Shown: piece after piece, positions 40,303 through 51,815 of the stretch
How the letters are laid out: each line of letters begins with the position of its first letter
Numbering within the stretch: position 1 is the stretch's first letter
NCBI GenBank assembly: GCA_963765675.1
Contig: CAVXXK010000003.1
Location: 384,001-448,000, forward strand
DNA length: 64,000 nt
Origin: an uncultured delta proteobacterium
GTDB lineage: Bacteria; Desulfobacterota; Binatia; Binatales; Binataceae
Direction: 5' to 3'
Notes under the pieces: generated by a model
Seen by the model: only the letters and a program-made list of their open reading frames with translations
Databases searched by the model: none
What the model was told of the DNA's origin: nothing
Translations under genes and position numbers: made by a program

Positions 40303-43300
40303 TTACCGGTTTCGGGCCGCAACGCCGGTGCCCTTCAAATCGATAGTCGATTCACCTGGAGTTCCTCCTGACTGATCCACTGCTGCATTATCGGAGATGG
40401 AGAGCGTACCGGTTAAGGTTCCTGCGACGGTCGGTTTGAAGATGATACCCAAAGTACAACTCGTGCCGACAGGAACGTACCCCTGACCTGGCCCGATCCC
40501 TTTGATCCCCGTATGGCAAGTCGTCGTAGCCGGATCGAAGCTGAAGTCACCGCTGAGGGTCGCGGCGTCAATTTGGACCTGGAAGATCGTTAAGCTGCTG
40601 GGTTGCGGCGTCGGGTAATGGAGCGTGACAATCTTGGTTGCACTGGACGCGCCGACCTCCTCTTTGCCGAAACTGAGCGACTGCGGCTTGAGGGTGATAT
40701 GTTCGGCGTAGGTATTGGCCGTTACCGAGACAATCTGTGGCGCACCAGCGGCGTTGTTATTAATTTGCACGTGGTTGTTAATCGCCCCCAATTGCAATCC
40801 TATCGGGCACACCTGCGTCGCAATCTTGCAGCTCGCGCCCGGCGCGATCGTAAATGGCACCAGGTTGCAAGGAGGCTGTCTATCAGAAGGCGCGGGCGTT
40901 GTAGCGCATTGACCGCAAGTTGTACCTGAGACGCCGACGTATAGATTGCCGCCGACTTGACCGAGATCTTCACCAGGTACATAAGAGCTGACCGTGACCG
41001 GCGCGCCCTGCGATGCGGGGTTGGTAAGGGTGACGGTTTTTGGAGGCGCGCAGGTGGTTACTGCAAATTTTCCGAGATCCACCGCGGCCGGACTCACTTT
41101 GAGCTGCTTCGGCAGCGGCGAGGGAGTCGAGGTCGGCGTCGCGGTAGCGGTTCTGGTCGGGGTCGCGCTCCTGGTGGGAGTCGCAGTCGCCGTGGCCGTT
41201 TTGGTTGGTGTCGCGGTGGAGGTTCGGGTCGCGGTCAGCGTCGGCGTCGCGGTGAGCGTCGGCGTTGCGGAAGGAGTCGGCGTGCGAGTCGGCCCGGGCG
41301 TGGTGGTCGGCAGCGGACTGCCGAAGCCGAGCTCGGCCACGCCGATATTCGCGGCGGTCGTCTGGTAAGCCGCCACCGTGGGAAAGGCATCGGCGCCGGG
41401 GCTGTCGTTGGCGAGATAGATGCGGCCCTCCGGATCGACCGCGATCGCCACGATCGAACCCTCGCCATAGTAGGTTGAGAACTCGACCGACTGACCGTCT
41501 GGCGCGAGCTCCGCGATGCCGGCGTTGGAGTCCAGGGCCGAATAGGGCGTCGAGCGGTACGCGTTAACCGGGGGCCAACTGGTGCAGATGTCTCCTTCGG
41601 CACCGCCGAAAACCGCGTTACCAATCGGACTGAGCGCGAGCGACCATGCGTTCGCTCCACAATTGCCCTGCCCGCCGAACAGGGTGGAATAGATCAAGCG
41701 ATTGGCCGTCGGCGCTGAACTCGGTGACAAAGGCGTCGCCGCCGGTCACGTATTGCTGGTATGGATTCTGGGTCGGGAAATCGGGCGCGCTCGTATAGCC
41801 GGTTACGAAGGCGTGGCCCGATGAATCAACCGCGATCGCGTTGATGGCGTCGGTCGCGCTCGAGTTGTCGGCGGTGCTTCCGCCGAAGTAGGTCGAGTAT
41901 GGCATCGATCCGTCGGGGCAGGCGCTGCCTTTCGGACTGCCGAAGCTGCCGTCCGAGCAAATCTTCGTGATTACTCCGGTGTAGCCGCCGATGCCGTCAG
42001 TGGTCTCGCGGTTGCTGCTGAACATCGCGTTCACCACCGGATAGTTGCTGGAAGACGACGCGGAACCGCCGACGTACATGTTGCCGCTCGAATCGACCGC
42101 AATTGACTGGGAGAAGTCGCCGACCGCGGTAATTTCGTTTTCAAGGACCGACTCGTAGGCGTTCAACCCTGCTGACGCGCTGCTGCTACCGCCGAGATAG
42201 GTGGAATAGACCAGCTCTCCGCTGGACGGATCGATCTTCACCACGAAGCCGTCGAAGTAATTGGGCAGGCTTCCCAGGGCGTTCGGCTCGACTGCATTGC
42301 CGGTGACGGTGAAGGTCGGCGAGCTGGTCACGCCGGCGAGATAGACGTTGTCCTGGGTGTCGAGCGCGATGCCGAGCGGCGCATTCCTCTCGCCGCCATC
42401 TTTGTTGAGGCCGCCGAAGCAGCCGGAGAAGTCTATCGAGCTGCCGTCCGCGCTCAGCTCGACAACAAAGGCCTGTGTGCCGTCCCCCACCGCGACGCAG
42501 CCGATGCCGGGCAGCGAGTTCGTGGTTTGCGGGAAATTGCCAACCTCGCCCGATCCGGCGACATAGGCGACGCCACTGACCGGATCCACCGCGATCGCGC
42601 TTGCGGCCGTGCTGCCAGCGCCGCCGATTATGTCGGAATAGACGAGGCTCTGGCCGCCGGGAGCGAACTTAGTGACAAACGCGTTAGACGCGCCGCTCGG
42701 CGTCGACGACCCCACCGGCTGACCCGGAAAATTATCCGACAACTGTTTTCCGGCCAGATAGGCGCTGCCGCTGTTATCGACCGCGATGCCGTAGGCCTCG
42801 TCGTTGCCGCTGCCGCCAAAAAAGGTCGAGTATACCTGCTCGACGGTCGGATCGATCACCAGTTGACGCGAGCGATCATACGGCGCGAGCACGAAATTGA
42901 CGCGCTTTTCGCCACCCAGCCCGTCGGCGAGCGCGTAGCCGCCAGCGATCTCGCGCCGCACTGCGCCGTCCTGCTGATACACCACCGGCTTGAGCAGCTT
43001 GATCTTGCGCCCTCCCGCGTCGATCACCAGGTTGCCGTCCGCGTCCACCGAAAGGGCGCGCTCCCCTCTGAACCCTAGCGAGATCTCCGAAGGATCAGCT
43101 TCGGGAGCGACGACTAGATCGCATTCGAGCCGCCGCTGATTGCCGCGCCATGCGAGGTCGATGCCCTTCCACACGTCATGCTCGATGACACGCCCATAGA
43201 TGGGTACGTTCTGATGCCAGCCAGAGCGATCCCTCCCGATCAAATAGTTGATATGACCGGGCAGTTGCTCGACCGCCGCCATCTGCGGATGACTCGATCC

Positions 43301-43681
43301 GCCGCGCATCTCGATCCACACCGAGTCACCCGTCGCGTTCTTATTGAAACTCGCGTGCGGCACAGGCGCGGACCGTGGCGCGCGCTCGGTCATCGAGATC
43401 ACCGCGCCGCGGTCGGTGAGGAACAGGTTGTACGCGGAAGTGCGGGCGAGAAAGCGCACTTGCGAGGCGCTCTGCCCGCGATTGGGCTCGAAGCCGAGCG
43501 GACGGCTGACGCGCCTGGTTTGCGCAACCGCGCGGGCGGGAGCGGCTTTCGATTCGAGAGGCGCGATGCCCGCCACCCGAGAGCTGAACAACGCGGGTAA
43601 CTCCGCGATGCAAATCATCACGAACGCAAGCGCGGCCACCACGGAGCTTTTCAATTTAGCGAAACGAAGGTTCGAGCGCAT
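40303..43681 (-). CDS. Large secreted/surface protein with SBBP beta-propeller repeats, Pro/Thr linker and Ig-like (ASH/choice-of-anchor D-like) domains; frameshift ~41695
   Basis: FEPNRGQ, LVIDP, repeated YST(F/Y)xGG / IAVDSSG / DAFVT motifs, TPT-rich linker, SLSFG...TGTLSISDNA. Confidence 0.85.
41110..41310 (-). repeat. Coding low-complexity Pro/Thr (TATPT) tandem repeats
   Basis: PTRTPTPSATPTLTATPTLTATRTSTATPTKTATATATPTRSATPTRTATATPT. Confidence 0.85.
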
Positions 43682-43868
43682 TCCGCCCTCCGCGACTACA
43701 TGAGCTTCCCCTCAGCAGCAAGCAGTTCAGCGTGGAGTCGCTCTATGAAGCGTTAAACGATGAGCATCAGCGAGATTAGAGATGTCCGCACAATCGCGGC
43801 AATACGCAGTTGTACGTATGAGCGCGAAGGATTCGCCCGCATGAAGGAATGCTCGAGCGGGAATCTAA

Positions 43869-43908
43869 GGTGACGCCGCGTGAATCGCGAAGATTCCGCG
43901 GCGCCACC
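43869..43908. terminator. Stem-loop downstream of 43936-44493
   Basis: GGTGACGCCGCG-TGAATC..GATTC-CGCGGCGCCACC imperfect inverted repeat; no strong U-tract. Confidence 0.45.
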
Positions 43909-43935
43909 GAAGCGTAAAGAGAAGATGATTGGGCG

Positions 43936-44493
43936 CTAGTTCACCGCCGCGTGCGAGCCGAAGTGGATTCCGACTGACGAAGCGTCGATTGTGGTGTCGC
44001 TCGCGCTCACTTCGCTTACGCCCGTGACCACGCAATCATAGCTGCCGGCCGCCAGGTCGAGCGCCAGCCCGGCGGGATTCACTGCGCGCGTGCAGGTCAG
44101 GGTCAGATTCTGCGACAGGCACTGGCCCGAGTTCGCGCCGTCGGCATAGTCAAACGTCATTGTGTAGACGTCGCTCGAGCCCTTGCTGATTTGGCCGGTC
44201 GCCGTGCCGGTACATAGGCTGCCGACTGGCGAGCCTTCCGGGACCGCACCATTTACGGCGGAGATCGTCAGCGCGCCGCCGCTGAGAGCGCCGGTTGGAT
44301 CGGACAGAATCGTGCCGCGGCCCTTCAGATCGACGTGCGTGGCTACCGAGCTATTCGTGATCATCTCAAAGCCGCTAATCTGGAGATTGAACTCGCCGCC
44401 CGGGCTCGAATGCTTCGCCATCGCGATCCCGCCGAATCCCGCCATCGCGGCAATCACCGCGCCCGCTACCATTATCGATACAGATTTACGCAT
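43936..44493 (-). CDS. Secreted hypothetical protein
   Basis: Signal peptide, four Cys, GAGGAG RBS. Confidence 0.7.
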   Translation of the reverse strand: MRKSVSIMVAGAVIAAMAGFGGIAMAKHSSPGGEFNLQISGFEMITNSSVATHVDLKGRGTILSDPTGALSGGALTISAVNGAVPEGSPVGSLCTGTATGQISKGSSDVYTMTFDYADGANSGQCLSQNLTLTCTRAVNPAGLALDLAAGSYDCVVTGVSEVSASDTTIDASSVGIHFGSHAAVN

Positions 44494-44648
44494 TACCCCT
44501 CTCCTCGGTTGCAGATTGTGCTCTAAGCGTCGGCCTATACGCCCGAGCTGGTTATTGATTGGGTGTCACCCCGTCCCGCAGTAGAAGACGGCGGCGCGCG
44601 ATGAACGGTTACAGAAACTTCAGTTTTCGCCTGACACTTCTAATGCAT

Positions 44649-44705
44649 AAAAGGAAACGGGCCCGTCCGCCGCGCAACTTCGAACGATGCGCGCGGACGA
44701 GCCCG
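44649..44705 (-). terminator. Rho-independent terminator
   Basis: CGGGCTCGTCCGCGCGCA...TGCGCGGCGGACGGGCCCG followed by TTTCCTTTT on minus strand. Confidence 0.65.
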
Positions 44706-44729
44706 CTGTGAACTTGCAGACGGCGGATG

Positions 44730-45050
44730 CTACTGGCAGACCGCGGTCACATCAATCTGATACATCTGCACGATCGCCAGGAAATCGCGCACGCTCAGTT
44801 CGGTGGTCGCGTCGGTAAACTTGCCCGACGGGCATTGCGCCGACAGGTTGGAGTTCGCGGCCGAGGTCAATCCCATCGGTGCGACCAGTTCCAAAAATCC
44901 CATATCGCTCGCTTGTGCGGTGACACTGTTACCGGGCACTAGCTTCTCGGAATTTGCAATTGAACTCGACGAGATACGGACGCATGCCGCAGTCGAAAAG
45001 ATCAACGCCACAAACGGCAGGATCGTCACAATGCTTGCCAGCTTCTTCAT
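44730..45050 (-). CDS. Small lipoprotein
   Basis: MKK...STAAC lipobox-like; two further Cys; GGAGG RBS. Confidence 0.7.
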   Translation of the reverse strand: MKKLASIVTILPFVALIFSTAACVRISSSSIANSEKLVPGNSVTAQASDMGFLELVAPMGLTSAANSNLSAQCPSGKFTDATTELSVRDFLAIVQMYQIDVTAVCQ

Positions 45051-45224
45051 CGAATCATCCTCCATGTCAAAAATTGACGGCACCACCCGGATAAGATGCC
45101 GCGAGGCTAAGCGCGGCCCCGAGTAGTGTCAAATGGCTCGCGGCTAAAGTCGCCGCGCGATGTATTGTCGTCGCGGGCGATGCTACCGTGGCCCGATCGC
45201 GCGTGGACCACGGCGGAGAAAGGT

Positions 45225-45842
45225 ATGGCTCAAACTGAAGATGCGGTCGCGCCGTTTTTCAGAATCTGGATCGCTCCACGCGATACTATCCGCCAAATCG
45301 TCGATCTCGATCCGCGCCGCTCAGTGCTCGCGCTGGCCGCCCTCAGCGGCGCACTCAGCGGGCTCGAAGGTTCGTGGCTTTCCGCCATGTCCGGACCGCA
45401 CACGATGTCGGCGCTGTGGCCGTTTCTGGTTGCGGTGAAAGTAGTACTGTACGCCATCTGGGGAATCGTCGGACTGTACATCGCTGGATGGATAATCACC
45501 GCGGCCTGCCACCTGTTCGGCGGCGTTGCGACAGTGGTGCAGACGCGCGCCGCGATCGCGTGGGCGAGTATCCCGGGAATCGTCGCGACCGGTCTCGGCG
45601 TGATCGCGATACTGGCGGGAATCGTCACACCGCACGCGCTCGCGCCGGGAAAATTCTCGTTTCCGCCCGGACTCGCGGTCTTAAGCGGAGCACTCGGGCT
45701 TTGGGGCCTGGTCGTCGAACTGAAATGCGTTGGCGAGGTCAACCGCTTCTCGGCGTGGCGCGCACTCGGCGCACAACTGTTTGTCGGGGTAGTTCTCGGC
45801 GTGATCATCGGCCTGGCGCTGGTCTATGGACATTTCCAATGA
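45225..45842 (+). CDS. Yip1-family membrane protein
   Basis: IWIAPRDTIR, FGG.AT, AIAWASIP, FSAWRA. Confidence 0.8.
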   Translation: MAQTEDAVAPFFRIWIAPRDTIRQIVDLDPRRSVLALAALSGALSGLEGSWLSAMSGPHTMSALWPFLVAVKVVLYAIWGIVGLYIAGWIITAACHLFGGVATVVQTRAAIAWASIPGIVATGLGVIAILAGIVTPHALAPGKFSFPPGLAVLSGALGLWGLVVELKCVGEVNRFSAWRALGAQLFVGVVLGVIIGLALVYGHFQ

Positions 45843-45869
45843 GCTGTTCACCCGCTGAGTGGAGAGAGC

Positions 45870-47492
45870 ATGAAGATGTATTGCACTAGCTATACGAACG
45901 ATCATCTGGCGCGGACTGGCGAGGCTCAGCGTTCGGCACGCGGTACCGGTTGGATCGCGGCTGTCGTCGCTTGCGCGGTGGCGGCTCTGATCTTCGCGCA
46001 TCCTGCGCGTGCAGCCGCGCCGGATTCCAGCGCGACGATTGTGAAGACGCGTGCGGGCGCGGTCCGCGGCACCGTCGATGGAAACGTGCGCGTGTTTCTT
46101 GGCATTCCATACGCTGCTCCTCCCGTCGGCAATTTGCGCTGGCAACCGCCCGAGGCGCACACGAGCTGGACCGACACGCTCGACGCTTCGCGCGCCGGCA
46201 ATTCTTGCATGCAAATAAGTTTTCGCCACGGCGGTCCCGGAGGCTCCGAGGATTGCCTTTATCTCAATATCTACACGCCCAATCCTGCCGGCACCCGGCT
46301 TCCCGTGATGGTCTGGATTCACGGCGGAACCTTCATCTCCGGCACCGGGGCCACCTACAACGGCAGCAAGCTCGCGGCCAAGGGCAACCTGATCGTCGTC
46401 ACGATAAATTATCGGCTCGGACCTTTCGGTTTTCTGGCGAACCGCAGCCTCGATTCCGCGGACCATCCCTCCGGCAACTACGGCTTGCTCGATCAACAGG
46501 CGGCGCTTCGCTGGGTCAAGGACAACATCGCGGCCTTCGGCGGCGATCCAGGCAAAGTCACGGTCGCGGGCGAGTCGGCCGGCGCGATCAGCATTGGACT
46601 GCATCTCGTCTCGCCCGCGGCGGCCGGACTCTTTGAGCGCGCGATCCTCGAGAGCGGTCCATTCCTTCACACCCGCACGCTCGCCGAGGCGGAGACCCGC
46701 GGCGACGAGTTCGCGGCCAAACTCGGATGCGACAAGACATCGGATGTCGCCGGATGCATGCGCTCGAAACCTGCGGAGCAAGTGTTGAGCGCGATCCCGG
46801 CGAATCCGCTCACCGCGGGCAGCCCGGTTTGGGAACCGGTCATGGATGGCCACCTTATCCCGAGCCAGCCGGTCGACGCGCTTGCCTCGGGACACTTCAA
46901 CAAGGTCCCGGTGCTGAACGGCTCGAATCGCGACGAGGGAACCTTGTTCCTTGTGTTCGCCAAACCGATCACAGCGCAGAAATTCGAAGCTGACGTACAC
47001 GAACGATTCGGCAACGATGCGGCTCGAGTGCTGGCTGCGTATCCGCTGGCGAACTATTCCTCGCCGATACTGGCCGCCGCCGCAGGTTTTGGTGATGCGA
47101 TTTTCAGTTGCCAGATAGTCAAAGCCGGGGCGATTCTCTCCAGCCAGGTGCCCGTCTATCAGTATGAATTCAATGATACTCACGCGCCGCCGTACTTTTT
47201 CCGCAATACACCGTTTCCGCTCGGCGCATTTCACAGCTCGGAGATTCAATACGTATTCGGCGGCGTCGCGGCGAATGGCGATGCATCAGCGGCGCAGCAA
47301 AAGCTCTCCGACGCGATGATGGGCTATTGGATCGGATTCATCACGTCCGGCAATCCCGGCGGCTCGCCACAATGGACCCGCTATAGCGCGAAAGATCCGC
47401 GAGTCCTGTCGCTGGCTCCTGGAGCGATCGGATACGAATCAAACTTCGCGCGGATTCATCACTGCGATCTGTGGGACTCGATGCCGCGATGA
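45870..47492 (+). CDS. Type-B carboxylesterase (secreted)
   Basis: FLGIPYAAPPVG, SEDCLYLNI, WIHGG, GESAG, AFHSSEI. Confidence 0.95.
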   Translation: MKMYCTSYTNDHLARTGEAQRSARGTGWIAAVVACAVAALIFAHPARAAAPDSSATIVKTRAGAVRGTVDGNVRVFLGIPYAAPPVGNLRWQPPEAHTSWTDTLDASRAGNSCMQISFRHGGPGGSEDCLYLNIYTPNPAGTRLPVMVWIHGGTFISGTGATYNGSKLAAKGNLIVVTINYRLGPFGFLANRSLDSADHPSGNYGLLDQQAALRWVKDNIAAFGGDPGKVTVAGESAGAISIGLHLVSPAAAGLFERAILESGPFLHTRTLAEAETRGDEFAAKLGCDKTSDVAGCMRSKPAEQVLSAIPANPLTAGSPVWEPVMDGHLIPSQPVDALASGHFNKVPVLNGSNRDEGTLFLVFAKPITAQKFEADVHERFGNDAARVLAAYPLANYSSPILAAAAGFGDAIFSCQIVKAGAILSSQVPVYQYEFNDTHAPPYFFRNTPFPLGAFHSSEIQYVFGGVAANGDASAAQQKLSDAMMGYWIGFITSGNPGGSPQWTRYSAKDPRVLSLAPGAIGYESNFARIHHCDLWDSMPR

Positions 47493-47950
47493 TCGTGCGC
47501 TGAGATCGATCTTATCCCTGCGGCGCAGGCGTCGGCGCAGCGCTTGCGGGCGTTGCCGTAACCGGCGACTCTGGGCGCCAGTACCAAACTAACGGTATCT
47601 GGCGACAAGGTGTAGGCCGCAGCCGGCAACAAGAGTCGATAACCCAGGGAAAAATCAATACCACGTCGAGAACAGTTACCCACGAGAATCTGGATTGGAT
47701 AGTTGAGGTGGCCGTGGATCATAGCCATTCCTTAGTGGCGATCACCTGGTAATTGCGATTTCGATCGAGGGTTATTTCGGCGGGAGTGACGATCTGCTGT
47801 CCACCGACCGCTACCGTGGCACCGGGCGGCTCGGTGTTGACTGCAAACGGACGTGAGTCCTGCTCCGTGGATAAGGGTTGCGCATGAGCTGTTCAGCAGC
47901 GCGGCAGATGCCACTAGCGCAAATAGGCTCCACTTTACTTTCCGTTTCAT
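47459..47950 (-). pseudogene. PEGA-domain lipoprotein, multiply frameshifted
   Basis: LNSSCATLIHG lipobox, then VNTEPPGATV...TPAEITLDRNRNYQV.. and IFPWVID..AAYTLSP in other frames (3 or more shifts). Confidence 0.6.
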
Positions 47951-48038
47951 CTTGCTCCCTATCAATGTATCTCTTAGCTGACTGATGGTCTGATGACTCG
48001 AAAGATGTTAAACCTGCATTCACAAGCAGTCAACAAGC

Positions 48039-50183
48039 TCAGTCAATACGCAGGCGGTCGGCAAGATGGCTCAGGCGCTTGCGCTCGTCCTGGTTGCGGA
48101 CCGCCTGCTGCAGCGCAGCCTTGGTCCCGACCAGTACGCAAACGCGCTCGGCGCGCGTGATTGCGGTATAGAGCAGGTTGCGCCGCAGCATCAGATAGTG
48201 CTGCGGATGAATCGGCATGATCACCGCCGGATATTGGCTGCCCTGGCTCTTGTGGACCGAGATCGCGTACGCAAGCCCGACCTCGTCCAGCTCGGCCTGG
48301 TCATACTCGGCGTGCGTCTCTTCAAACGCGGCCGTCACGCGCCCTTTCTGAGTATCGATCGTCATCACGCGGCCAATCGATCCGTTGAACACGCCCTTGT
48401 CGTAGTTATTGCGGAGCTGAATTACACGATCGCCCTCGCGCAGAATCCTGTCACCCACGCGGAGCTCGTGCCCGACAGGATTGAGCAGCGCTTGCAGCTC
48501 GCGATTGAGCGTATGCGTCCCGAGCGGTCCGCGATTCATCGGCGTCAGCACCTGGATCTCGCGCGGATCCTTGATTCCGAAACGCCCCACCAGCCGCTGC
48601 TGAACGAGCTGCTTGATCGTCGCCAGAACTTCCTCAGGCGCGGCGCGCTCGAAAAAAAAGAAATCTCCCTCGGGCGCGTTCGAGATATCGGGAAACCATC
48701 CGCGATTGAGCTTGTGCGCGTTGGCGACGATCTGGCTCTCGCGCGCCTGGCGGTAAACCTCGCGCAGCTCGACCACCGGCACCAGGCCTGACGCGATCAC
48801 GTCCTTCAGCACGCTGCCGGGCCCGACCGACGGAAGCTGATCGCGATCGCCGACCAACAGCAGCGAGCAGTTGGGCAACAGCGCTGAGACCAGGCTCGCC
48901 GCCAGCTCGATATCCATCATCGAGGCTTCATCGACGATCAAGTAGTTCGTGCGCAACGGAAAATCCTTGCCGCGCACAAACGAACCCGTCTCGGGCGCGT
49001 ACTCGAGCACGCGATGGATTGTCTTCGCTTCGCGTCCCGTCGCCTCCTGGAGCCGTTTCGCCGCTCTCCCTGTGGGAGCGGCCAGAGTAGCCTTGAGTCC
49101 TGCGTCGCCAAGCGCGAGAAGAAGCTGGCGAAGAATAGTGGTCTTGCCGGTTCCGGGGCCGCCGGTGATTACAGTGACCGCGCTCGACAAGGCGGTCTTG
49201 ATCGCGCGCACCTGCTCGAACGACAGCGCGATCCCTTCGGCCGTCGACGCCGTCACGAGCGCGCGCTCGGCCACGGCGGCACTCATCGGGCGGCCCGCAG
49301 TGAGCGTGCGCAGCCGCTCGGCGATAGTCACTTCGGCGTCGTGCAGGCGCGCAAGATAGACCGCGGTGTGATCGCTCGTCTGCTCGACAAAGACTTCGCC
49401 CGATTCGACCAGCAGATCCAGCGCCTGCGGCACCAGCTCGGCGTCCATTTCGAGGCCCGAGGCGAACTGCTGTTCCAGGTATTCGCGCGGCGCATAGACG
49501 TGGCCGTCATCGCTCATGCGCTCGAGCAAATAGACGATCGCGGCGCGCGCGCGCTGGACGGAGTTGCGCGGGATGCCGAGTTTCTCGGCGATCGAGTCGG
49601 CGGTGCGAAAACCGATACCGTGAATCGTTCGGGCCAGGATGTAAGGATCGCGGCGCACGACCGCGAGCGAGTCCTTGCCGTATTGCTTGTGGATACGCCG
49701 CGCGTGCGATGCGCCGATTCCGTGCCCGCGCAGAAACACGCTCAACTCGCGGAGCCCGGAGGCGTCGCGCCACGCCGTCACGATTCGCGCCGCAACCACG
49801 GGACCGACGCCGTTTACCTCGCGCACCCGATGCGGAGTGTTGTCGAGAATCTCCGGCAGGCTTTCGCCGAAGTGCGTCGCGATCCGGCGCGCGAGCTCCG
49901 GCCCCACTCCCGGAATTTCCTTGGATAGATACAGCTCCAGCGCGCCCACGCTGGCCGGGCGCACCGTCTCGAACTCCGTTACCTTGAACTGCTCGCCATA
50001 ACGCGGATGCTTTTCGAACGAGCCGTGCGCGCGAATTCCCGAGCCGATTTCCAACCCTGCCAGGTTGCCGACCATCGTGATCGTCCGGGTATCGCCGGAG
50101 CCGGCGTAGGCCTTCACAACCGCGACTCCGTAGCCGGTCGAATCGTTTACGTAGAGCAGATGGTCGAGCGTCCCTTCTACCAT
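48039..50183 (-). CDS. recD2: ATP-dependent RecD-like DNA helicase
   Basis: HhH GIGFRTAD, TGGPGTGKT, VDEASM, GDRDQLPSVGPG, HKSQGS. Confidence 0.95.
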   Translation of the reverse strand: MVEGTLDHLLYVNDSTGYGVAVVKAYAGSGDTRTITMVGNLAGLEIGSGIRAHGSFEKHPRYGEQFKVTEFETVRPASVGALELYLSKEIPGVGPELARRIATHFGESLPEILDNTPHRVREVNGVGPVVAARIVTAWRDASGLRELSVFLRGHGIGASHARRIHKQYGKDSLAVVRRDPYILARTIHGIGFRTADSIAEKLGIPRNSVQRARAAIVYLLERMSDDGHVYAPREYLEQQFASGLEMDAELVPQALDLLVESGEVFVEQTSDHTAVYLARLHDAEVTIAERLRTLTAGRPMSAAVAERALVTASTAEGIALSFEQVRAIKTALSSAVTVITGGPGTGKTTILRQLLLALGDAGLKATLAAPTGRAAKRLQEATGREAKTIHRVLEYAPETGSFVRGKDFPLRTNYLIVDEASMMDIELAASLVSALLPNCSLLLVGDRDQLPSVGPGSVLKDVIASGLVPVVELREVYRQARESQIVANAHKLNRGWFPDISNAPEGDFFFFERAAPEEVLATIKQLVQQRLVGRFGIKDPREIQVLTPMNRGPLGTHTLNRELQALLNPVGHELRVGDRILREGDRVIQLRNNYDKGVFNGSIGRVMTIDTQKGRVTAAFEETHAEYDQAELDEVGLAYAISVHKSQGSQYPAVIMPIHPQHYLMLRRNLLYTAITRAERVCVLVGTKAALQQAVRNQDERKRLSHLADRLRID

Positions 50184-50292
50184 CTGCGCGCCATGTTCCG
50201 GGTCACTCACGGAGCCAAGGATTGCGCGCCTCGCGGGGCGCGTAAAGGCGCGCGCCATGCGGATGCGAACAGGCGGCGCCGGGGTGCGGCGC

Positions 50293-51684
50293 TCAAACCT
50301 CGATCGTCGCCCATTTGCCGGTCCTGAAACGCCACGTCTTGAGCGTCGAGCGCACGATGTAATCCGCGAGCAACGACCACCAGATCCAGATAATCGGGCC
50401 GTGATGCCACGCGATCAGGATGGTCAGGAACAGGCGCATCCCATAGAACCCCGCCAGCGATCCGTAAAGCGGAAACTGAGAGTCGCCCGCGCCGCGCAAC
50501 GCACCGGTGACCGTCCAGTCGATCGCCATCAGCGGCTGTGCCGCCGCTAGCGCATACATAAACGCTACGGTGTAAGCGATTACCTGGCGGTCCGCGATGA
50601 AGAGCGCCGCGATCTGCCATGCAAAAATGACGAACAACAGACCCATCGCAGACATCAGCACAATCGCCATCACCACCGAGGTCCATCCAGCCTTGCGCGA
50701 GAATTCACTGTCGCCCGCGCCCAGACCCTGCCCAACCAGCGTCGCCGCCGCGGCGGAAAATCCGAAGCCCGGCAGGAACGAAAGCGCCAGTATTCGGACG
50801 CCGATAAAATACGCGGCGACTTCCTTGTCACCATAGCTCGCGATAAACGCGACGTAGGCGACAAACCCGAATTGAATGACGAGCTGCTCGATCGCCGCCG
50901 GATTACCAACTCGCAGAATGCGCCATCCAAGCCCAAAGTCCGGCCACAGCTTGCGCCAACGGAAATTGAGCACCATTCCATCGAGCGACAGCGCCCAGAA
51001 AAACAACACCCCGCCGATCGCGATTGCGATGAGCGTCGCGACCGCGGAGCCGTCAACGCCCATTTTCGGAAATCCGAACTTCCCGAAGATCAAAACGTAA
51101 TTCAGGATGATCGCGAGCACGTCGATGATCCCGCCGATCCAAAGCGGTGTGCGCGTATCTCCCGCGCCGCGCAGTGACGCCGTACACATAAGAAACACGC
51201 CCTGAAACGGCTCCGCGAGCATCACGACTTGCAGATAGCGCGCGCCCATCGCGGCCATCTGGCCTTTGACCTGGAACAGCGCCATGAGCGGCGTGGCGAA
51301 TACGATTACCGGGATCGCGATGATCGTTGAGACGGCGACTCCGAAAATCACCGCCTGCTTCATGGCCTCTTCCGCGTTGTCGCGATCGTTCGCACCGATG
51401 CATCGCGCGACCAGCGCCACTGCGCCGGTGCCGACCGCCGCGATTCCCGCACGCACGGCGCCCAGGATCTGCGTCGCCAGCCCGACTGCGCCGACCGCCT
51501 CCGCGCCCAGCCGACCAACCATCAGCATCGCCGCCAATCCGAGGATCGAATCGAGCGCGAACGAGATGATTACCGGCCAGGCGAGCGCCCACACTTCCGC
51601 TCGCATCCGCGTGATCGGCGGCAAAGTGAGCGCGTCCCCCGGCCGGACGACGCCGTCAGGAACCGACTCAAGAAATTCCGACAT
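50293..51684 (-). CDS. MATE family efflux transporter
   Basis: LAWPV, LRGAGDTRTP, LVGQGLGAG. Confidence 0.93.
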   Translation of the reverse strand: MSEFLESVPDGVVRPGDALTLPPITRMRAEVWALAWPVIISFALDSILGLAAMLMVGRLGAEAVGAVGLATQILGAVRAGIAAVGTGAVALVARCIGANDRDNAEEAMKQAVIFGVAVSTIIAIPVIVFATPLMALFQVKGQMAAMGARYLQVVMLAEPFQGVFLMCTASLRGAGDTRTPLWIGGIIDVLAIILNYVLIFGKFGFPKMGVDGSAVATLIAIAIGGVLFFWALSLDGMVLNFRWRKLWPDFGLGWRILRVGNPAAIEQLVIQFGFVAYVAFIASYGDKEVAAYFIGVRILALSFLPGFGFSAAAATLVGQGLGAGDSEFSRKAGWTSVVMAIVLMSAMGLLFVIFAWQIAALFIADRQVIAYTVAFMYALAAAQPLMAIDWTVTGALRGAGDSQFPLYGSLAGFYGMRLFLTILIAWHHGPIIWIWWSLLADYIVRSTLKTWRFRTGKWATIEV

Positions 51685-51815
51685 GACTTCGGCCAGTAAG
51701 GCCAGTCCGATACGGCCCAGTCAAGCGTGCGCGGCGATCGGCATGCTCGGCTGTTTATACCGTGTGAAGATCGTGCGTGGAGTTTCCGGTATATTGCGCT
51801 TCGAGAGAGGTGCGG

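Noticed and set aside
41110-41310. Tandem DNA repeats as a non-coding array
   Set aside because: They encode the Pro/Thr linker of the surface protein
45681-47249. Long antisense/alternative-frame ORFs (e.g. 45681-47249, 23931-25166, 26035-27177, 54070-55212, 57664-58686)
   Set aside because: Shadow ORFs typical of high-GC DNA overlapping clearly identified genes; Arg-rich and motif-free
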